From assembly GCF_030684315.1 (NCBI RefSeq), contig NC_081376.1:18953018-19017017 (forward strand): a DNA stretch of 64,000 nt, in the 5' to 3' direction. Position numbers and translations under genes: made by a program. The notes under the pieces are model-generated. The model did not search any database. It was not told where the DNA came from and saw only the letters and a program-made list of their open reading frames with translations. Of the stretch, positions 1 through 13,497 are shown piece after piece. Every line of letters starts with the position of its first letter. The stretch's first letter is position 1. The DNA is from Stegostoma tigrinum. Taxonomy: Eukaryota.

Positions 1-433
1 AGTTACGGTATTGTTAATAAATTTCTAAGTCATTTTTTAAGCTGCAAATGCAGTGTCTAGGATTGATTGTTCATAGCTTCTGGGAGTAGTTATTTTAAAG
101 GTCTGTTTTGGAACCATTCGGGTCAATTTTGAATGCCTTTGAAGGTTTTAAATTTACTGTGTTGTGAATACAGAGGTAAGAAGGCTGATTTGATTTAACT
201 GTCTACCTTCATGTCATAACATTCCCCAGATGCTGCAAGACCTTTTGAGTATTTCCAACATTTATTTCACTTTGGGCTATATGTAGTCTTAACCATCCTT
301 CAGCAAAATTCCATATTCTTTTCCAAACAAACTGCAATATAATTTCAGATCTAAATTTATATTATTATTATTTGATTGCTAAAAATACTACTTCTGGAAT
401 GTATTTTTTTAAAGCTGTTCATCTGCTGAGCTG

Positions 434-507
434 ATGAGGTTAGCTTGGGTAATTAGCGCAAGACACAACTAATACCAAGTTTATGGGTTCAATCTATGCA
501 TTGGCTA
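434..507 (+). pseudogene. Degenerate tRNA-Ile-like sequence or tRNA-derived SINE head
   Basis: GGTTAGC..GGT.ATTAG.GC...AATACCAAG...GGGTTCAATC...GGCTA follows the tRNA-Ile(AAT) layout with A-box and B-box remnants, but has many mismatches. Confidence 0.35.
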
Positions 508-1039
508 GTAAATCATTTTAATCTCAAGCCATGATCAAACATATTGTCCCACTTTAAGGAGTTTGAGCAGTGCAGTGGTAATGGTCCTACCTCTGGAGAC
601 GTACAAGTCCCACCTTTGTAATGGGGCTGTGTCATAACCTGTCCAAACAAGTTCATTTTTATTTATAACATACATATTCAGCCATTCAGTCTGTGATGCA
701 GATGGAATGAGTACACTGACCACAGTATGTATTCAGGACAAAATAAAATATAATCCCTACACAATGATTTCAAATTAGTTTTGATGGTTTTTCATCCATT
801 TCTCTGCACTAAATTTCAATCTGAATGTCTTGCACAGAACTGTAGGATCATAGTTATAGAAATGTCACTAAGTTTCCTGGGGCCTCACAGTCATCAGTGT
901 GTGAAATAGGTATAAAGTACTGAGTGACCTCTTCCTGTTTCTATATACATCCATTCACATCTAGCTCTGTAAAAAGTACTGCTCCTTTGCGTGAGAGAGT
1001 ATTGTAGGTAGGATGAATCCACAAACTGATCAGGCTTGA

Positions 1040-1440
1040 TATTTTGCTCAATGCTTTTATATTACAATGATTCCCAATGCAGCATTAAAGGAATGCTGCA
1101 TTGTTGATTCTGTTTTTCAGATGAAACGGCAAACCAAGGCTAATCTGCCCTCTCAAGGCAATGCAACAGATCCCATGACACTATTTCAAAGATGAACAAG
1201 GAAGTCATCCCCAGCGTCCCTGCCAATATTTAGCCCTCAATCAATATTACCTAAAACAGCAGATTACCTGGTCAGTATCACATTGTTGTTTATGGGACCC
1301 TGTGGTGTTAAAATTGACCACTTCTTCCAGTAATGTAGTAACTATACTTCAGCAAAAATTCCTTATTTGTTGTAGCAGTGCTTCAGATTCAACAATGTTG
1401 TGAAAGATGTTGATAGAAATGTAAGTATTCCTTTTGCATT
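1040..1440 (+). mobile_element. Deu-domain SINE (SacSINE/AmnSINE-like), degraded
   Basis: GCTGCATTGT...TTTCAGATGAAACG..AAACCAAGG...AGATCCCATGACACTATTTCAAAGA...CCCCAGCGTCCCTGCCAATATTT core. Related copies lie at about 13140-13420 (+) and 17165-17700 (-). Confidence 0.6.
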
Positions 1441-2239
1441 CAGAGATTGCACAAGATGGAAAAGGGTCATTTGTTCCAGTGAGCATGCTTCCTCTGGAAC
1501 TCGTGTACACTTACCCAACCATTTCATAAATTCAGGAAATGCCCAACATTAGCATTCCCTGATTGCCTGGAGTAATTAGGCACAATCTGTAGTAATTTAT
1601 CAATCCTAGCATTTCCACTATTCCACCTGCTCTGTCAGCCTGAAAGGACAACCCTTCTCTAGCCAACAAACACAGGAATCATTACAAGCCATAATGGGCC
1701 TGGTGTTCACAAAAAGGACGTGGGAAGCCTGGAACTCTTTCCCCTGGAATGCTGTGAATGCTGAGTGATTGGAGACCTGGTGGTTCGAAGAGAGTGGTAT
1801 TAGTATAACAGTGCATTAGAATGTTCCAGAATCGTGATGTGAGACAGCCCTTGCCGGAACAGCTAGCTTTCGCCTTCTCATCAATTTTTGAATGTCAATA
1901 TGTTAGAGGCACACACCATCAGCAGGAAAGCTGTCACTGAGTGAGGTTAAGGGTGACTAAATGAAGCACTGACTATCTGAATGTTTCCCATGTTGTAAAG
2001 ACAATGACAGACGGCCACTGGTAATCCTTCTATAATAGAGACACAAACCAAAACACAATCCCTCAAACATCACAGATATTTAGCTTAACTCCTCAAATTC
2101 CAATTTTCCACTTAACTGACTATTCAGATTAGCATGCAAAAGCACAGAGTGAAATTAAAAGCAACAGATTTTCAGTAAAAGATTTTGCACATCAACCAGA
2201 GAGCATGATCAGAAAAAGAATATCCTCAGGGGCTTTTTT

Positions 2240-2680
2240 TGATCAATAATTCATTGCCCATATCTCCTCCAACCCTATTGACATCATTCCGTCTACATAA
2301 TCTTCATGCCTCTAGCACACCTGCCCTCCCTAACTCTCTAAAATACCTCACCCACCCAATCCCCTCAAAAACCTTACCCATCATCAATCGCCTCACTCCC
2401 TCTAAAACAGTCCACCAACTCCACCCTCCCTCAAACCTCTGGTCTCTCAGCAACCATGCCCATACCACCCTCAACCACCTCCACTCCTTCTTCAGTTCAT
2501 TAACCACCCCACTCGACATTTCCCACCCTCAACTTCTACCTTCCACACTGATCTCACTTACACTATCACTCCACCCTCATCTACATTCTCTCAACTCCCT
2601 TTTATCTCACATCCTCATCTACCCCACTCACTCATATCTTCTAATGGGCCCAGGTTTACTCTCACCCACAATTCCCTAAT
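2240..2680. repeat. C/A/T-rich low-complexity tract
   Basis: Very G-poor on the + strand (CCCTCA/CTCAC-like motifs); produces spurious Pro/Ser/Leu/His-rich ORFs. Confidence 0.6.
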
Positions 2681-4039
2681 CAGCTGGAGGTACTCAATTT
2701 TGTATTTAAAAAGCTGAAGGGATGAAGACGATTTCACAGACAACAGCAATGATGTACATTTATGTGGCATCTTTAACATTGTAAAATGCCCCAAAGAGCA
2801 TCACAAGAATGTAGTCAAATTAAATTTGTCTAAGCCATGTAAGATATTGTAAGGTTGAATGTCCAAAGAGCAATTAAGAGGAAAAGGACACAGATGTAGA
2901 AAGGTGAATTGTCCACCTATGGTGGGCAGTTAAATTTAACACTCTATGTGGAAGAGGCGAGAATTTAAGGAGCACATAAATCATGAAGTATTACAGGGAC
3001 ATTAACGGGTTTGAAAACAAAGTTAAGAATTTTAAACATGATGCTTTGCTTGATTAGAAGTGAACACAGGTCAGTGACTGGAGCAGGTGATGGGTAACTA
3101 GACTTACTATAAGTTACATAACAAACAACAGCATTTTGAATAAGCTCATGTTTACTGAAGGCTCATTAAATACATTGATAGACAAAAAGAAATTGTGGAG
3201 GGAGTCCAGAACAAGAGAGCATAGGCTTGAAATTCATGTTGAAGGGTTGAAATGAAAATGGCCTGTGTCTGAACTACAAATTCTATGTGATTGCTAAATT
3301 CTATTTCTTGTTGTTTTGTAACTAACATGGAGCTGTTTTATTTCTAAGTTGATATGAAAATAGATGCTCTTCTCCCCGGCTTGCCCCAGATTAGACCTCC
3401 AGTTCAAAAGTAGGACAATTAAAAAAACAGTCAAATTATTTGTCATCTGATATTCTTGTGATGCCTAGTTTGATTCACCACTGCTTTCAGATACAAGCTA
3501 AAGGCAATTAGTTCTCTGTGTAATGGCAGGATCTGAATGTTGTGATCTGCTGTCATTGAATCGCTTAGTAAGCACAGCCAATTTATTCTGGGCAGCTTTT
3601 AATGAGTAACAATGATTTAAGACAACCGTGAGCCCAATAAAATCTGGTCCTGTAAGTTTAAATGTCTCTTCTCTAGCTAGCTCTGAAATCCTGCTAACGT
3701 TAGGAATCTGTCCCACTGCATCTTATACCAGATTCTGAGTCATTAGATTGTCCCAGGTAGAATTTCAATGAGGAAATCCCCAGCCCTCTTTACAGTTGAG
3801 TTTAATCCCCATTCTGTACTCTTCTGACAGTCTTAACCTCTTGCCACACTTTAGTCTTGCCGTATCATCAAATTCCCTGTAAATGTTGATAATGTCAGCA
3901 TTGTAGATCTGTTGGTAGCACGCTCATCTTTGATTTAGACGAACATAGGTTCAAATCCACTCCACTACAGAACGTAAGTTTGTGCTCCAGTACAGTACTG
4001 CAGGTGCATTGAAGACATCACCTTCTGGATGTCATTCTA

Positions 4040-4790
4040 AGCCAGTGTGGAGCTGAATGTTAACCAAACATTTACTCCAAAAGTAGCTACTGAGCATGTA
4101 CATAAGAAGTTATGTGATAGTGATGTCAACCTGGGATCCTGAGACTGTTGGAATCTGGAAATCTCCACTTTTACGATCCCTTACATGTATGTTCAAAAAA
4201 CGGTGACTCACCTGATCACAGACATGAGCACTAAATAATTGTGATGGTGACCAGGCTCGTAGGATTGAAGATAAACAGCAAAGTAAGGCCTAAAGTGAAG
4301 CCCAGCAGTACCTTAATGCTGCAAGTGAAGGATGGGGCCAGCCCAGCAGTCAGACTGTAAAAGAGGGGCAACACCTGAAAACCAAGCCCGTACCAGTGTA
4401 GTGCAGTGCCAACCTTATCATTGGACCTGTTTTCCAACCAATATTGACAGTATTGCAGGAAATTGTCTTCAATTTGGATGAGTCATGATTTCTGTGCTAA
4501 TCCATCAAAAACCCTCTGGATGAAGAGGAGTTGAGGCGAGCTGAACAAGGGTGGAACAACCATAAAGGGTGCATAACAAAATGTGCATTATGGCAATGAC
4601 AGAGGGGAAGTGCAGAAAAGCATCAACCACCATTTTACTTCCTGAGAGAGTGTAAAGGAGAACCACAGTTGGGAAGAAGGCCAGTCCACACCACAGAAAG
4701 TTCTTATCCCGCATAATCCATGTTAATGAGCCAGGCAATGTTTGAAGCAGGATGGAGTGTTGTGTTTGACTGAGAATCAACAGCACTCAT
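4040..4790 (-). mobile_element. Highly decayed gypsy-type pol fragment (RNase H end to integrase)
   Basis: Minus-strand WCGLAFFPTVVLLYTLSGSKMVVDAF resembles the RNase H C-terminal motif RWalff...y.pGSKN.vADALSR. DPRLTS resembles integrase DPRFTS. Confidence 0.35.
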
Positions 4791-6929
4791 GGGGGTATGC
4801 TCATTTGGTCAAGGGTCTTTGTAAATTATGATTCTCATCTTCTGGCTATCATAGCAACAGATGCATCATCTACATGTCTGGAAGTAATATGAGCCATTGG
4901 TGGAATGGTATTAGAATTAGAAGAAAGGGGTCACCACTGGGGAGAGGTATGTAGTTAATGACGTGGCTTTAGTCAGATGCAGTGAAAAAGCCCGCTAGGG
5001 ATCTTGACAATAAAATGGACACTTAGCCAAAAATACATAAGAATCAGCATAGAGTTAACTTCAACAGAGTTCAGATGACTGGTCATTGTCAGGAAATGTC
5101 AACCCAGTTTCTCCCTTCCCAGATGCTACCAGATCATTCCCGAGTTTCCTACATCTCCGGCTGAAGCCCCAATCAATGGAGCTTTCAAGACATGGCTTAT
5201 GACTGCTCTACCATGCTGTGTTCAACGAGGTACTGATGGGCGCTGGTCTTGGGGAAGTAATGAGAATCTTAGGGAAGAAAATGAAGATGATTTTGGGTGG
5301 TTGGGCAACAGGATGAGTGATAAATTGCAATGGCACATTGATCACCTCATAACTATTCTTGAGTTAATTTCACATTTATTTTAGTACTCACTCCAATTGC
5401 ATTCCTGTGTGTTTCAAATTGCAAATAAACTATGCTTGAATCCAAAGAATGTGAAAGTAATTCGGTCTGGTCCAAGAGAAGTAGGATGAAGATCCCTCCA
5501 GCATAGGCCAGAAATCTCCAAAATTAAAGCTGAAATTTTTGGGCCCTGATGTGAAGGACACTGGAAAGAAAACAAAAAATCATTCGTGGATTTTTCATTT
5601 TCTCTCCACACTGTGGCAGGTTGGGGGAGAAAGAAACATTATTTGACTGGGGTGTGGGTGTGGGGTAGAGGGGTGCAGTTTGGGCCCAGATGACAAAACC
5701 TGCAAAATATAAAACCCGAGTGGGAAGTGTTGTTCACACATGAAAGATGTCAAGTTCCTGTTACTTGATTAATGGGACTGGTTTATAATTTCAGGACACA
5801 GGATGTACTGAACTGCAGATGGGGATGATTAATCATGCTTCTCATATCCTATCATCACATTGTATTGTTTTTTTCCCTGTGTTATCTACACCCTGGTGAG
5901 TGAAATATACTCAGAATCTGTCAGAGGACGTAGACAGATGAGGAAGTCAGTGAAGAGATTTAGAGAGTTGTGACTCAATTAAACTCATTTTGCTGCATCA
6001 CAGATCTGCTTCTCCCTACGCAGCTTGTGAAATGAGAGAGGGGTTGGTCGATTCTGCCTGAGTTGGAATTTAATATTCCAAAAGCAGAGTGGCAGAGTTT
6101 GCCTCCCTCATCATTAGCAGAGAGCACCAGGCAAACTATTGACCTTCCTGGAAGCTTTCAGAGCCCAAAGTGCCCCTGAAGAAGATCAGAACAGGCCCAC
6201 TTGGAAGAAGCCACCAAATTTGCAAGGATTTTCTTCCATTTTAAAACCATACCAAAAGACTTTTACCTATGTAGTAAAATTATTTGGTTTCTCCAAGCAA
6301 ATTACAGAAATGCCACAAAACTAGCCTATGGCAACAATAACTTGGTTTAATACATTGATTTTAAAGTCAGGAAAATATTCCAAGGCTTTTCACAGAGGAA
6401 AATCACAAAAATAAAATTGCACTGAGCCGTAGAAGTAGGGAGGACTCAAACCTTATTTGAAGAGAGAATTTTTTTAGCAGGAGCGAGAGAAAATTGTTTG
6501 GTTCCTGGTGTAAACTTAAGTGCTTGAAGCATGTGAATGCTATGATACACTCTGTTAGAAATGCCATGCTGAAAAGCTTATTGCTGTATTACATTTCAAA
6601 GTTAGTCTGTTAGTACGCCTTTAAGAGCCACACGCATTATAGTATCACTGGATCGTAACATGTGACCTGGGGACATAAAAGTCTCAGATTCCATCTTAAA
6701 ATTGGTCACTTGAAGTCAGACACACTGATTGAAGTGAACCATATTTACACATTTTCCCTAACAGCCTTCTGCCTGTTGCCTTTTTCGTCTGTTTTCAGCC
6801 TTTTTGTTACAGATGATGTAGAATGCTACTTTTCTCAGTCCTCCAGACGAGAAATTCTACCTTCCTTGACCAACATCCAACGCTTCATCTACATGACGTG
6901 AATATCTTCATTGGGGATCTTCTCCTCCT

Positions 6930-7200
6930 GCAAATAAGAGGTCTCCTGTTTAACAGCGATGCAGAGTATTTTTTTCTCTCAGGATTGTTGGTCCATGGAA
7001 TTCTCTTCCTAAGAGACCTGTGGAGGCAGGATCATTGAATGTGTTTAATGCTGAGTTAGATAAATTTTAATTGCCAAGGGAGTCAAAGGTTATTGATGGT
7101 GGATGGGATAGTGGAGTTCAGTCCACAATCAGATTAGGCAATGTTCTAATTGAATGGCAGAGAAGGCTCAAGGCACCAAATCACTTACTCCTGCTTTTAA
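6930..7200 (+). mobile_element. CR1 LINE 3' end fragment
   Basis: CAAATAAGAGGTCTCC...TTTTTCTCTCAGG...GGAATTCTCTTCC...GCTGAGTTAGATA...ACTCCTGCT matches the 3' ends of other CR1 copies in the window. Confidence 0.6.
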
Positions 7201-9024
7201 TGTAAGTTTGTATGTATCACTATCACTGGCCCTTTATGGTAGGTTGTTTACAGTCTACATCTTGCCCCTTTGCGCTTTGGCAGAGCTATCCATCACTTTG
7301 TTTCTACTGTTACATCCAAATAGTAAGTTTTTCCCTTATATCTGATGGTCATAAATAATCAACTTTACTCACTGAGGAACATCTAAGTGAAGTCTTTTGC
7401 GCCAAGCCCAAGGCCATGTAGAATCAGATCAGATTGAAAATGCTCAAAGCCACCTCATAAATGACCTAAACAGCCAGGAGATGGGAAGTGTTCCATCTAT
7501 TATATTCCTCAGATTTGACCCCATGTCCAGTATCTGAGCAAATATATAGCCTTTGCACTAGCAGATCACTATCAGTAAAGGTATGGGCACTGTTTTGTTC
7601 AAATTATTATTTTATGGGATGTGGGCATCACTGGCTAGGCTCACATTTTGTTACCCATCCCCAATGGATAATGAAACAAGTGACAAAGGACAGTCAAGAG
7701 TCTATCATGTTGTTGCAAATCCAGAGACATTTTATTTTGGCAGAATTCATTCCATAAAGGACAGTAGTGAATCAGACAGATTTTTACAACAATTGATGAT
7801 AGTTATCTGGTCATTTCTGCAACTAGATTTAAATTGTCATTATAATGCTATTAATTGAATTTCAATTCCACGCCTACCCTAAAATTTGTTGGGTTAGCTG
7901 AAGTTATCTTGAATGAAATCAAGTGAAGTGAGGAAAATGCATATGAAGCCTGGTGATGACCTAATGATCGGAAAGTTCACTAGTTTTAATGTATTTCTGT
8001 GTTTTTGTTCAAGGGATATATATGCGTTTACACCATCATTGTAACTCAACAATAATGAGCTGAACTGTCAGTAACTCATAAGAGTGGTGAACAGCAAGAG
8101 TTAACTAAATTGGAGGTCAAAGTGAAATAGTTCCACAGAGGCCTACTAGGCCCAAAACATCAGCCTTCCTGCTCTTCTGATGCTGCTTGACCTGCTGTAT
8201 TCATCCAGATCTACACCCCGTTATCTCGGATCACTGATTGGACCAGGTTAACTACCCCAGTGAGGGAACTCATTTTCTATGAAGTCCACCTGGCTGACCT
8301 CATTACAATCGCTACAAATTTTTTTTTTTAAGAGCAAGAAATAAGCCTCTTTCCAGAAAGACACAAGGAAGTCCTAATGAATTCATTCATCAAACCAACA
8401 TGGAAAACATGCCATGTTTGTAATATTTGTAATATTCAAAATGATCACTTTCTGGAGACCGAGCAGTCTAAACATTTGAATTCACAGCTTCTTTGAAATG
8501 AAAAGAGCATAGAAAAGCTTGCCTCACAGCGCAGTTAATTAACTCAGGAAACAAGAGGTCAACTGATCAATTGTTGGAAATTGGAACAGAATAGGATGAT
8601 CAGCTACTCTGGTCTGATCTTCAGACAAGTCCATGTAAATGAATTCAATTGTAATTGTAACAAGTGTATAGGTAAGATCATTGTAACTTTTTGTCTGGTG
8701 TACTTTGCTTTAATAAAGAGCATTGGGTATATTCTGTTTGTAGAACTGCCTTGAATTTTTGATAGGCAGAGTGAAACAGACAGATCAGAAAAAATGGGAA
8801 TAAAAACCTACACTTATTGGAATAAGTAGTACTATCCTGTCTTGAAAAATGATGTTGATAGTGACGCTGGCAAGATTACATTTATTGCTCTTCTGAAGAG
8901 TCAACCATGTTGTGTTGTTTGATGATCAATCTGCGTAAGGATCTTGGGTTTCCTCCCCTAAAGGACATTAGTGAACCTATTTGGATATTATGATAACCAC
9001 TTGATTTTCACTATCCCATATTGT

Positions 9025-10260
9025 TGCTCTGGTGCTCCCCTAAGTGTCTGTCCTTAGCCATTCCTCTATTTCTCATTGACATGTTGCATCTTGGTGACAT
9101 CACCCAGTATATTCCAGTATATACTGACAATATCTGGTTCAGCCTTGTGACTCCTCCACTATTATTATATTATCAGACTGTTTATCCAACATCCAGTACT
9201 CAACAAACAGAGATTTCCTCCAATTAATTATTAGAAAGACTAAAACCACTGTGTTTGGTCCCCCATCTAAACTTTGTTCCCCAGGCACCAATGCCACCTC
9301 TTCCTGGCAACAAACTGAAATTAACACATTCTATTTACAACTTTGGTGTCACATTGGACCCCCAGGGTAAGCTCCTGGCTTCATAGTCATGCTGTTCTTG
9401 AGAGTGCCTATTTCCACCTCCACATCAGCTTATCTGCCACCGAAACCCACAGGTATGCTTTCATTGTCTCCAGGCTCGACTATTGTAACAGTGGCCTCAT
9501 GGTATTATCATTGGACTGTTAATCCAGAGACCCAGATAATATTCTGGGAACCTGGGTTCAAATCAGATGGAGCAGATGGTGGAATTTGAATTCAATCTAA
9601 AAAAAACTGAAATTTAGAGTCTAAAGGTGACCATGAATCCATTGACAATTGTAAGAAAAGCCCATCTGGTTCACTAATGCCCTTTAGGGAAGGAAACTGT
9701 CACCTTTACATGGTCTGGGCTATATGTGACTCCAGACCCACAGCAATGTTGTTGACTCTTAATGGCCCTCTGGGCAATTAGGGATGGGCAATAAAGGCTG
9801 ACTAGCCAGTGACACCCTCATCCCATGAATGAATGTAAAAAAACACACCTGGTTGGTCTTCTTTATTCTACCTTCTGTAAATGTGAAGCCTTCCAAAATT
9901 CTACTACCCAACGTACTCTCAAACTTAGTGTCACCCCACTATCACTTCTGTGCTCAGAAATACTGGCTGGCCAAATTTTAATTTCATTTTAAAATTCTTG
10001 TTTGTGTTCTCAAACTCCCCAATGGCCTCAACTCTCTCTAGCTTTCCAATCTCCTCCAGATCCACTACCCTCTAAGATATGTGCATTACTCTCATTCTGG
10101 TATCTTGAGTGTCTCCAATTTTAAATACTCCCCCATTGGTGTTGACGTCTTCAATTTTCAAGTTCCAAATCTTTGAACTATGTTCCCTATTCTGTTCCTG
10201 TCTCATTCTCTCAGTTTCCGCTTTCAATCTTCTGTTCATCTAACTTAATATCTCCTTATG
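9025..10260 (+). mobile_element. L2-type LINE RT and 3' fragments, interrupted by a SINE
   Basis: Decayed GVPQGS.LGP.LF.I.ML.LGDI and YADD-like (TATACTGACAAT) motifs; pyrimidine-rich L2-like 3' region. Confidence 0.5.
9490..9842 (+). mobile_element. tRNA-derived SINE
   Basis: A box (TGGCCTCATGGT) and B box (GGTTCAAATC), body GGTTCACTAATGCCCTTTAGGGAAGGAAA, and ATGAATGAAT..A tail. Reverse copies lie at about 20490-20730 and 21660-22010. Confidence 0.7.
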
Positions 10261-12639
10261 TGACATGCTTTCATGAAGGAGCACATATATAGCCCTTAAA
10301 TCACCCAGAGGATGCTGCAGGGGTTGAAAAAGTAGTGTGGAGCTGGAGAAATCATCCCATTTCCATATTCCCACTTAGAAAATAACATCCATTGAAGTCT
10401 CAAGCTTTAGAACCAGAGCTAGCATTCCACAGAGGGGACGGATATGGGCTATATAGCAAAAAGAAAGCTTTTAGTCAAAATAAATAATAAATGTAGAGGG
10501 GAGAATAGGAAATAAACTCTAAGAGTAAAAAAAACTGACACGTAAATAGATTTTGTATATATATCCAATTTGCATATAAATAGGTTTGACTGCATGCCTT
10601 TGATTGAGAATGTAACTTTGTAAATTGCTGCTCATCTATCACAGCCACACTTAACTGATACAAATAAACAGCAAAGACAGAAGCACGTCAGTCACAAGCA
10701 GACATTGCGCTTTATTTTCCAGCAAAGTATTGCTTGTTTTTCTCTCATACAATTTTGAAAGTACCTTAAGCATTTGATTCACAAGATGAAGAAGGCACTT
10801 CGGCTGACTCTCAATCTTGTCCTTTTTTGGTTCCAAGCCCTTACCAAAGTGCCGTTTAGGCTTCTTAATGCTTACTGTCAACTCTGTCTGACTTCTTGTA
10901 CAGGAGCCAGTCCCTCAGGCAATACAGCACTCCCACGCTGAAGCATTCAACCTGAATAAAGCATCCACATTCAGCTGTGAGGATGGGGCACTCAGTCTCC
11001 TGACAAATTGGACAAAGTGGAACTCTTTATGTTAGCTTGACTCCAAGGCATCACAACGAAAGAGAAAAGCAAAACAACGCAGAGGCTGAAAATCTGAAAT
11101 AAAAACAGGAAGTGCTAGAAATGCTCAGCATGTTAGGAAGCATCTGTGGAGAAAGAAGAGTGAACATTTCAAGTCAAAGTCCTTTCTTCAGAATTGAAGG
11201 GAAGTGGAAATGTAACAGATCTTAAGGAACTAAAATGTGTGGGGGTTGGAGAACAAACATGGATTATCAGGGATAGGGTAGCAGATAAGAAAGAGTTGAC
11301 AAACAAATCTGTAATTACAAAGGGAGTTAGAATGCTTGCAGGAAAGAAAAAGCTTACTTGTCTGAAATGGATTCAATGGTAGATCAATTTACAGCTTAGT
11401 TCAACAACAAAACCATTAGACATAAGACAATGAGACAGAACCTACAATCCAAAATTGTTGAATTTCAGGTTGAGTCCACATCACTGTAAAATGCCTATTT
11501 TAGGTGCAGTCCCTTGAGCTTGCATTGGGCTTCGTGGAAACACTGTAGCAGACCCTGGACTGGGGTGTCCACTTCAGAACAAGACAGGGAATTAAAATGC
11601 CAAGTGATGAGAAAGTTGAGTCATACTTGCAGACTGATCAGAAGTGTTCCTTCCTTAAAACTGCCATTCAGGCTATATTTAATCTCCCCAGTGTAGACGA
11701 CACCACATCGTGAGCAAGAAAAATAGCAGACTAGATTGAATGAAATACATGGAAATCATTGAGTGTTTAAGACATAGAATGGTGAGGAGAGAGGAGGTTA
11801 ACAAGCTGGTGTTACATCTGCATTTGCAAGACATTGCTGTGGGTGGGGGATTAGATGTTGGCATGATTGAGGAATAAATTACAATGTTGGAGTAGAAAGT
11901 TAATCAGAAGGAAGAGGAAGACATGTTTGGTATTGGAATCGCACAGGAGGTGGAGAGAATGATAGAGGATGGATTGTTGGATGTGCAGTCTCAGGGAGTG
12001 GAAAGTAAGGTCAAGGAAATGTGAGTTGGGGTGGGAGAAGAGCTGGAAGCAGAATCACAGGAAATGAGTTGGACATAGTTGAGGGCTTTGACAATGATCA
12101 TGAGAAGGAAAAGAAAGAGTTGTATTTATGTAGTGCCTTTTACATCCTTAGCATTTTACATTCAGTGAAGCACTTTTTGAAGTTATTTATTGTTGCGGCA
12201 AGCAATGGCAAAATCTCACACAGCAAAGTGAATGACCTGACAATCTAAATTTAGTGACGTTATTTGGAAGTTAATCTTACTTTTATTTGTTGATGGAATG
12301 TGGGTATCACTGGCTAGGTCAGCATTTATTGGCTTTCCCTAATAACCCTTGAGCCACCGTAGTCCTTGATGTATAGGGTTATGTACAATGCTGTTAGGAA
12401 GGGAGTTTCAGGATTTCGACCCAATAAAAGTGAAGAAATAGAACGGTCTATGACTTGGAAGTGGCAGTATTCTCATGCATTTGCTGTCTTTGTCCTTTGA
12501 GGTGATAGGTAGCGCAGGTTTAAAAGGTGCTGTTGGAGGTAGCTTGTTCAGTTACTGCAGCTCATCAATGATGAAGGGAGTGGACAGGAGCCAATTGAAA
12601 GCACTGTTTTGTGATAGATGGTGTAAAGCTTCCTAAGTG

Positions 12640-12956
12640 TTAGAATCATAGATCATAGAATCCTGACAGTGTGGAAAAAGGCCATTTGGCCCAACAAGTC
12701 TACTCCAATCCTCAGAGCATCCCACCCAGGCACATTCCCCTATAACTCACCTAATCTATACATCCCTGAACACTACAGACAATTTAGCATGGCCAACCCA
12801 CCTAGACTGCGCATCTTTGGACTGTGGGAGGAAACTGGAGTACCTGAAGGAAACCCACACAGGCACGAGAGGATGTACATACTCCACACGGACAGTTGCC
12901 TCAGTCTCTGGCACTGCAAGGCAGCAGTGCTAACCAATGAGCCACCGTGCTGCCCC
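12640..12956 (-). mobile_element. HE1-type SINE
   Basis: Minus strand starts GGGCAGCACGGTGGCTCATTGGTTAGCACTGCTGCC, contains the core GGTTGGCCATGCTAAATTG, and ends in a CR1-like (TCTATGA)n tail. Confidence 0.85.
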
Positions 12957-12971
12957 AAGATACTTGGTCTT

Positions 12972-13043
12972 TTCGCCAATGGGGAATTGAACCCCAGTCT
13001 CCTGCATGACAAGCAGGGACATTAGCCACTATATGAAGGAGGA
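12972..13043 (-). pseudogene. tRNA-Asp(GTC) pseudogene
   Basis: 72 nt TCCTCCTTCATATAGTGGCTAATGTCCCTGCTTGTCATGCAGGAGACTGGGGTTCAATTCCCCATTGGCGAA, colinear with vertebrate tRNA-Asp. The GTC anticodon is retained. Several differences are CpG decay, and the acceptor stem is disrupted. Confidence 0.8.
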
Positions 13044-13497
13044 CATCTTGTAGGAGCTGCACTAGCCAGCTGCAAAGTAGTACTCCTGCGAGAGCTACCC
13101 TGCTCTTTTTGAAACAGTACCATTACGTCCACCTTAGCAGACAAGCTGAACCTGCTGATAATCCAGTGCTTCACTGTCAGAGATGTTTTATTTTAAATCA
13201 TGACACCATGTGTGATCTTTAAATAATCTTGTTCTACTGTTTCAAGGAAGAGCAAGAGACTGTCTTTGGTTCTTATCACATTGCTATTTGTGGGAACCTT
13301 CTGTGAGAAATTAGCTCCAGCTTTTCCTATATTGCAATATTGAATATACTTCAATAAATACTTCATTGCCTAAATGCTTGGGACACTTTGAAGTATTGAA
13401 AGTAGTTACAGAAATTAAAATTCTTTATTTGAAGGTTGCTGGCCTCGCAATAATCAAGTTCACACGTAACAAGTCACCAGGATGTGGGCTTTCAGAA

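Noticed and set aside
2239-2679. 146-aa Pro/Ser/Leu/His-rich ORF
   Set aside because: Arises from G-poor low-complexity DNA; no splice or domain evidence.
6760-6930. Possible exon after ...CCCTAACAG, or RTE LINE C-terminus on the minus strand
   Set aside because: Stops interrupt the candidate frames and it abuts a CR1 fragment; too decayed to call.
12669-13025. ORFs overlapping HE1 SINEs (also 38420-38780 and 40116-40487) and PLE ends
   Set aside because: Recurrent pseudo-ORFs from non-coding SINE and terminal-repeat sequence.
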